A program made the position numbers and the translations under genes. Shown here in pieces: positions 59,092-64,000 of a stretch of 64,000 nucleotides of DNA. The stretch spans positions 48,394 through 112,393 of the forward strand of contig CAWGJU010000018.1 of NCBI GenBank assembly GCA_963822985.1, written 5' to 3'. The notes beneath the pieces were generated by a model. It saw only the letters and a list, made by a program, of their open reading frames with translations, was not told the origin of the DNA and searched no databases. This DNA comes from an uncultured Alphaproteobacteria bacterium. GTDB taxonomy: Bacteria; Pseudomonadota; Alphaproteobacteria; Rhodobacterales; Rhodobacteraceae. Each line of letters begins with the position of its first letter. The stretch's first letter is position 1.

Positions 59092-60453
59092 TCACTCGGC
59101 TGCGATCGCAACGGCCGCCGGGGTGGCATTCGCCGCCACCGCGCGGGCCAGCCAGGCCTTGCCGAGCATCGCCATTGCGGCGAGGAAAGCGGGCAGCGCC
59201 GCCGCCGCGAAGACCGTGGCGAGATCCCAGCCGAAGGACATGAGCACGCCGCCCACCATCGAGCCGAGCACGGAGCCGGTGCGGCCGACGGCGTTCGCCC
59301 AGCTGACGCCCGTCGCGCGGCTCTCGGTCGGGTAGTAGCCGGCGGCGAGCGCGTTCACGCCGACCTGCGCCCCGGCGACGCCGAAGCCCGCGCCGAAGAT
59401 CGCGAGGACCAGCAGCCAGGGTGTCGCGACCGCCGAGCCGAGCAGAATGACGAAGCCGCCCGCCACGAGATAGGCGCCGGCCAGCACGAGGTGCGGCTCG
59501 AAGCGGTCCATCAGCCGGCCGATCAGCACCGCGCCGACCGTGCCGCCGGCGGCGAGCGTCGCACCCATCAGCGAGGCGTGCTCCATGCTGAAGCCGGCCG
59601 TGGTGATGAGAAGCGGCAGCCAGGAGGCGAGCAGGTAGAAGACGAGCAGGCTCATGAAGAAGGTCGTCCAGATCAGCACCGTGCCGAGGCCGAGACCGTT
59701 CCGGAAGAGCTGGGCGACGGGCGAGCCCGGCACCCGTGCCGGCACGGCGAAGCGTGCATCGCCCAGGTCAGCCGCGGGGACCATGCGCTGCAGCACCGCC
59801 CTGATCCGGGCCGGCTCGGTCCCCCGCGCGGCGAGGTAGCGCGGCGACTCCGGCAGGAGCGCCAGCAGCACCGGCGCGAGCAGCACGGGCAGGACGCCGC
59901 CGAGGACCAGGAGACCCTGCCAGCCCCAGGCCGCGACGATCCCCGAGGCGGCAAGCCCCGCCGAGGCCGAGCCGATGGTGAAGCCGCAGAACATCAGCGT
60001 CACGAGCGAGGAGCGGCGCCTCGACGGGCAGAGCTCGGCCGTCAGCGTGATCGCCGCCGGCATGGCCCCGCCGAGCCCGAGCCCGGTCAGGAAGCGCAGC
60101 GCGATCAGGGTCTGCGCATCGGGTGCGAAGGCCGAGGCCAGGGAGGCGAGACCGAAGAACAGGGTCGTGGCGACGAGCACGGGCTTGCGCCCGATCCGGT
60201 CGGCGAGGGGCCCGAAGACGAGCGCGCCGGCCATCAGCCCGAAGAGCCCCGCCGCAAAGAGCGGCGCGAGATCGGCCGGGGTGACGCCCCATTCCGCCTT
60301 GAGCGCCGGCGCGATGAATCCGATCGCGGCGGTGTCGAAGCCGTCGATCGCGACGACGAGAAAGCAGAGCGCGATGACGCTCTTCTGGAAGCGCGACAGG
60401 GGATGGGCGTCGACCACCTCCTGGACGTCGAGAACTCGGCCGGGCGCAGTCAT
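59092..60453 (-). CDS. MFS aromatic acid:H+ symporter (BenK/PcaK family)
   Basis: IDGFDTAAIG, GPLADRIGRK, RFLTGLGLGG, LPES, YYPTESRATG. Confidence 0.9.
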   Translation of the reverse strand: MTAPGRVLDVQEVVDAHPLSRFQKSVIALCFLVVAIDGFDTAAIGFIAPALKAEWGVTPADLAPLFAAGLFGLMAGALVFGPLADRIGRKPVLVATTLFFGLASLASAFAPDAQTLIALRFLTGLGLGGAMPAAITLTAELCPSRRRSSLVTLMFCGFTIGSASAGLAASGIVAAWGWQGLLVLGGVLPVLLAPVLLALLPESPRYLAARGTEPARIRAVLQRMVPAADLGDARFAVPARVPGSPVAQLFRNGLGLGTVLIWTTFFMSLLVFYLLASWLPLLITTAGFSMEHASLMGATLAAGGTVGAVLIGRLMDRFEPHLVLAGAYLVAGGFVILLGSAVATPWLLVLAIFGAGFGVAGAQVGVNALAAGYYPTESRATGVSWANAVGRTGSVLGSMVGGVLMSFGWDLATVFAAAALPAFLAAMAMLGKAWLARAVAANATPAAVAIAAE

Positions 60454-60492
60454 TTGGGTTTCCCTCCCCTGTGTTTGGATTTCTGCTTGGCG

Positions 60493-60768
60493 TCAGATCG
60501 CGGATGGGTGCCGCGCGAGCGGCGTCACCTCGATTTCCATGAACGGGAAGAGCGGCAGGGAGCTGAGGATGCCGTGCAGCTCGTCATGGTCGGCCACGTC
60601 GAAGATCGAGAAGTTCGAGTAATGGCCGGCGATGCGCCAAAGGTGCCGCCACTTGCCCTCGCGCTGGAGTGCCTGGGCACGCTCCTTCTCGGCGGCCTTG
60701 ATCTCCTCGAAGCGGTCCGGGTCGATGTCGTGCGGCGGGCACACGTCCATGCGGACATGGTAGAGCAT
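60493..60768 (-). CDS. catC: Muconolactone delta-isomerase
   Basis: MLYHVRMDV...KWRHLWRIAG.YSNFSIFDV...LPLFPFMEIEVTPLARHPSAI. Confidence 0.95.
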   Translation of the reverse strand: MLYHVRMDVCPPHDIDPDRFEEIKAAEKERAQALQREGKWRHLWRIAGHYSNFSIFDVADHDELHGILSSLPLFPFMEIEVTPLARHPSAI

Positions 60769-60805
60769 GGGGGTTCTCCTTTCCGTCGTGTTCGGCGGGC
60801 TTGGT

Positions 60806-61972
60806 TCAGGCGCGCGCGAAGCGCTTCATCTTGTCGGGGTCGAGGGTGACGCCGAGGCCGGGGCCGGTCGGCAGGTGGATCTCGAAATCGGCGATGCGCA
60901 ACGGCTTCTCGGCGAGGTCCTCGACGAGGATGTGCGGACCGAAGTGCTCGCATCCCCAGTCGAGGCGACGGAGCGCCGCGAAGACCTGGAGATGCGCCGC
61001 CGCCCCGATGGAGCTCTCGAGGAGGCAGCCGCCATAGAGCGAGAGCCCGGCCGCCTCGGCCACGGAGGCGACCCTGCGCGTGCCGAGCAGGCCCCCATGC
61101 TTGACGATCTTGAGCGACAGCGTATCCGCCGCCCCGGCCGCGGCGACCCGGGCCATGTCATGAGCGTCAAAGACGCATTCGTCGGCCATGATCGGCACCG
61201 CCGAACGGGCGCGCACGCGCGCCAGGCCCTCGACGTTCCAGGCCGGCAGCGGCTGCTCGATCAGTGCCACGCCCATCTCGGCGAGCGCCGGCATGGCACG
61301 GACGGCCGTCGCCTCGTCCCAGGCCTGGTTGGCGTCGACGATCAGCGTGGCCCGGCCCTCCAGCGCCGCCGCCAGCCGGGCGAGCCGGCCGAGGTCGTCG
61401 GCCAAGGGCTGCGCGCCGATCTTCACCTTGAAGCGGTCGTGCAGGCGCTGGCCGAGCCTCGCCTCGGCCTCGTCGATCTCCTGGGCCGGGTCGCCCGAGG
61501 CGAGCGTCCACCAGACCGGCATCCGTTCGCGCACGATGCCGTTGAGGAGCTGCACCGCCGGCAACCCGAGCGCCTTGCCGACCGCGTCGAAGAGCGCGCT
61601 CTCGATGGCACCCTTGGCGGCGTTGTTGCGCCTGGCCGCCGCGTCCATCAGCGCGCCAGCGGCCTCGAGGCGGCGCGCATCGGCGCCGAGCACGGCCGGG
61701 GCGAGATGCGCGTCAATGACCGCCTTGATGCCCTCGACGCTTTCCTCCGACCAGCGCGGGCCGCCGAGCGTCGCCGCCTCGCCGACCCCCGTCACGCCGC
61801 CGGCGAGCCGGACCTCGACGATCACGTAGGACTGCGCCGAGACCGAGAGCTGGCTGAGCTTGTGCCGGCGCACGGTCGGCACGTCGACGATCGTGGCGCG
61901 TATTTCCGCGATGCTGAAGTCGGAGGTAAGATCGCCTGGGAGGTTGATCGGGCGGTATTCCATCGGGTTCAC
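60806..61972 (-). CDS. catB: Muconate cycloisomerase
   Basis: VDVPTVRRHKL, GVGEA, WTLASG, FKVKIG, VDANQAW, EQP, MADE, LKIVK, CEHFGP. Confidence 0.93.
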   Translation of the reverse strand: MNPMEYRPINLPGDLTSDFSIAEIRATIVDVPTVRRHKLSQLSVSAQSYVIVEVRLAGGVTGVGEAATLGGPRWSEESVEGIKAVIDAHLAPAVLGADARRLEAAGALMDAAARRNNAAKGAIESALFDAVGKALGLPAVQLLNGIVRERMPVWWTLASGDPAQEIDEAEARLGQRLHDRFKVKIGAQPLADDLGRLARLAAALEGRATLIVDANQAWDEATAVRAMPALAEMGVALIEQPLPAWNVEGLARVRARSAVPIMADECVFDAHDMARVAAAGAADTLSLKIVKHGGLLGTRRVASVAEAAGLSLYGGCLLESSIGAAAHLQVFAALRRLDWGCEHFGPHILVEDLAEKPLRIADFEIHLPTGPGLGVTLDPDKMKRFARA

Positions 61973-62067
61973 TCGAACATGAGGGGGCCGGGCCCGCAGC
62001 GGACGGCCGGCGGGATGCGGAGGATCGGCTGGAGAGGAAGCGGCCGGCGGGGCCGGCCGCAGAGCCG

Positions 62068-62991
62068 TCAGTCGGCCATCGCATGGGCGCGCTCGACCAC
62101 CGTCTTCGGCGCGTCGGCTGTCTCGCGATGCAGGACGAAGTCGAAGCGGATCGCCGTGTAGGCGTCGTTCAGCCCGTTCGCCCGGATGCGCTCGGCATCC
62201 GTGACCTTCTCGACCGGCGGGATCAGCTCGTCACGGGTCGCGAAGGCGAAGTCGTCGTGCAGGTACTCGTCGCCGTCGATGTTGATCTGCGTCGTCAGGT
62301 GCCGATGGCCGTCAGCCGAGACGAAGAAGTGGATATGCGCCGGCCGGTGGCCATGCCTGCCGAGCCCGTCGAGCAGCTCCTGCGTCACGCCGTCGGGCGG
62401 GCAGGCATAGCCGGAGGGCAGTATCGAGCGGAACCTGTACCGCCCTTGCGCGTCCGTCTCGATCCGGCGGCGGAGATTGTACTTCGCCTGGGACGGATCG
62501 AAGAACGAGTACCCGCCCTTGGTGTTGGCGTGCCAGACGTCGACGATGGCGCCGGCTACCGGCTTGCCGCCCTTGTCGCGGACCTCGCCTTCCATGATCA
62601 GGACCTCGCCCTGCTCGGTGCCGTCGTCGAGGCGGCCGACGCCCTTCTCGAGCGGCGCCCCGGCGACATAGAGCGGCCCCTCGATCGTGCGCGGCGTGCC
62701 GCCCTCGATGCCGGCCCGACGCTCGGCCTCGTCGAGCATGATGTCGAGGAAGGTCTCGACGCCAAGGCCCGGCACCAGCAGCCCCGCCTCGTTCGCCTGG
62801 CCGAGCCTGGTGATGTAGTCGACGCCGGCCCAGAACTCGTCCGGCTGCACGTCGAGGTCCTCGATGGCGCGGAACATGTCCTCGGCGGCGCGGCGGACGA
62901 CCGCCTTCACCCGCAGATTGCCGGCGGTCGAGTCGAGGCCCGCCACGCGGTCGAGAAGCTGCTGCACCTGGTCATTGTCGACGAGAGACAT
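62068..62991 (-). CDS. catA: Catechol 1,2-dioxygenase
   Basis: GTPRTIEGPLY, DVWHAN, GGYS, PSGYACP, RPAHIHFF, LTTQIN, DDFAFATR. Confidence 0.95.
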   Translation of the reverse strand: MSLVDNDQVQQLLDRVAGLDSTAGNLRVKAVVRRAAEDMFRAIEDLDVQPDEFWAGVDYITRLGQANEAGLLVPGLGVETFLDIMLDEAERRAGIEGGTPRTIEGPLYVAGAPLEKGVGRLDDGTEQGEVLIMEGEVRDKGGKPVAGAIVDVWHANTKGGYSFFDPSQAKYNLRRRIETDAQGRYRFRSILPSGYACPPDGVTQELLDGLGRHGHRPAHIHFFVSADGHRHLTTQINIDGDEYLHDDFAFATRDELIPPVEKVTDAERIRANGLNDAYTAIRFDFVLHRETADAPKTVVERAHAMAD

Positions 62992-63047
62992 GGGGTATTT
63001 CCTCCGGAATGGGCGCGTCCTGCGCCGGGTTTCGATCGGGTTGAGCC

Positions 63048-63845
63048 TCAGCCGAGGTCGCCGCCGGACACCGGCAGGGTGACGCCGGTGACGTAGGAGG
63101 CCTCGTGGGATGCAAGGAACAGGATGGGTGCCGCCTGCTCCTCGACCGTGCCGTAGCGGCCGAGAAGGCTCGACGCCGTTGTCTGGGCCACCACCGCCTC
63201 GGTCCAGGCGTGGTCCTCCGCGTCGGGCAGAGCGGCGTTGCGCGGGATGCGTCGCGGCGGCGCTTGCGTTCCGCCGGGCGCTGTGGCGACGACGCGGATG
63301 CCGCGCGGGGCCGCCTCCCAGGCCAGCGAGGCGGTCAGGGCGTTCACGCCGCCCTTTGCCGCCGAATAGGGGATGCGGTGGATGCCGCGCGTCGCGATCG
63401 ACGAGACGTTGACGATGACGCCGCCCTGGCTCATCGCCGGCAGCGCCGCGCGGCAGCACCAGAGCGTCGGCATCAGCGAGCGGCGGATCTCGGCCTCGAT
63501 CTCGGCCGGTTCGAACCGCTCGAACGGCTTCATCCAGATCGCGCCGCCGACATTGTTGATCAGGATGTCGAGCCGGCCATGCGCCTCCAGCGCGGCCGCG
63601 ACCGCGGCCGCGGCCCCTTGCCAGGTCTCGAGATCAGCGGTGACGGCGATGCCGTCCGCCGCCTCGGCGACCTCGGCGACGAACTCGGAGCGGTCCACCG
63701 CGACCAGCCTACCGCCCTCGGCGGCGAGCCTGAGGGCCACCGCCCGGCCGATGCCCTGCGCGGCGCCGGTGACGATCGCCACCTTGTCAGCGAAGCGTCC
63801 GGACGTGAGCCCGGCGGCGGCGTGAATGCGGGCGGGAGCTGTCAT
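63048..63845 (-). CDS. benD: cis-dihydrodiol dehydrogenase (benzoate pathway SDR)
   Basis: VTGAAQGIG, INNVGGAIWMKPF, NVSSIATRG, YSAAKGG, PGGT, PVSGGDLG. Confidence 0.92.
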   Translation of the reverse strand: MTAPARIHAAAGLTSGRFADKVAIVTGAAQGIGRAVALRLAAEGGRLVAVDRSEFVAEVAEAADGIAVTADLETWQGAAAAVAAALEAHGRLDILINNVGGAIWMKPFERFEPAEIEAEIRRSLMPTLWCCRAALPAMSQGGVIVNVSSIATRGIHRIPYSAAKGGVNALTASLAWEAAPRGIRVVATAPGGTQAPPRRIPRNAALPDAEDHAWTEAVVAQTTASSLLGRYGTVEEQAAPILFLASHEASYVTGVTLPVSGGDLG

Positions 63846-63867
63846 CTCGGTACTCCTTGCTGCTGGG

Positions 63868-64000
63868 TCAGCTGGCGAGCTTGAGGGGCTGGGCGGCTGC
63901 GCCGCTCACGGCGAACTTCTCGGTGTGAAAGCCTGCCGGCTCGACGTCCTGGGCCCTTAGCCAGGCCCGCACGGCGTCCACCATCGCTGGCGGCCCGCAG
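63868..64000 (-). CDS. benC: 3' end of benzoate 1,2-dioxygenase reductase (partial at window edge)
   Basis: CGPPAMVDAVRAWL...FHTEKFA is the FNR-family C-terminus; lies directly upstream of benD. Confidence 0.75.
   Translation of the reverse strand, partial: CGPPAMVDAVRAWLRAQDVEPAGFHTEKFAVSGAAAQPLKLAS

Noticed and set aside
59047-62161. 600-aa and 464-aa plus-strand ORFs
   Set aside because: Antisense shadows of the MFS transporter and catB.
1-64000. CRISPR arrays, tRNA and rRNA genes
   Set aside because: No regularly spaced repeat-spacer array or cloverleaf/rRNA-like segments seen by eye.

Overview
GC-rich (~70%) alphaproteobacterial chromosome segment; gene order suggests a Rhodobacterales-type organism (inference). 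It has three zones. (1) 1-16.2 kb is core genome with clean ORFs: LOV histidine kinase (partial), CoA-transferase subunit A, Lhr-type helicase, ahcY, hisA/hisH/hisB interrupted by a divergent Cys/His-protein + SCO module, and hslVU. (2) ~16.2-57 kb is a mosaic genomic island starting right after the hslU stop. It contains decayed IS3, IS21 and ISNCY elements, mobC, DUF2924/serine-recombinase remnants and an integrase + IS91-like transposase module. Cargo includes a sugar-oxidation cluster (GH15, aldose 1-epimerase, FAD/Fe-S GMC dehydrogenase + ferritin-like protein + small subunit, IolE-like dehydratase, GH63 fragment, and a divergent homolog of the fungal aldos-2-ulose dehydratase beta-propeller), an Asp-box secreted protein, TorT-like, baeRF-like and DUF1326/DUF2182 genes, and an FMO/esterase pair. 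(3) 57.4-64 kb is a benzoate/catechol ortho-cleavage operon (benC end, benD, catA, catB, catC, MFS transporter) that ends in a BKACE/DUF849 enzyme instead of pcaIJF. The best candidate for an undescribed system is the keto-sugar oxidation/dehydration cluster at ~18-28.7 kb. Many genes at 18.5-22.9 kb and 52.4-53.6 kb carry dense 1-bp indels that could be assembly errors or pseudogenisation; this cannot be resolved without reads. No rRNA, tRNA or CRISPR array was seen. All family calls come from motif recognition by eye, not database searches.
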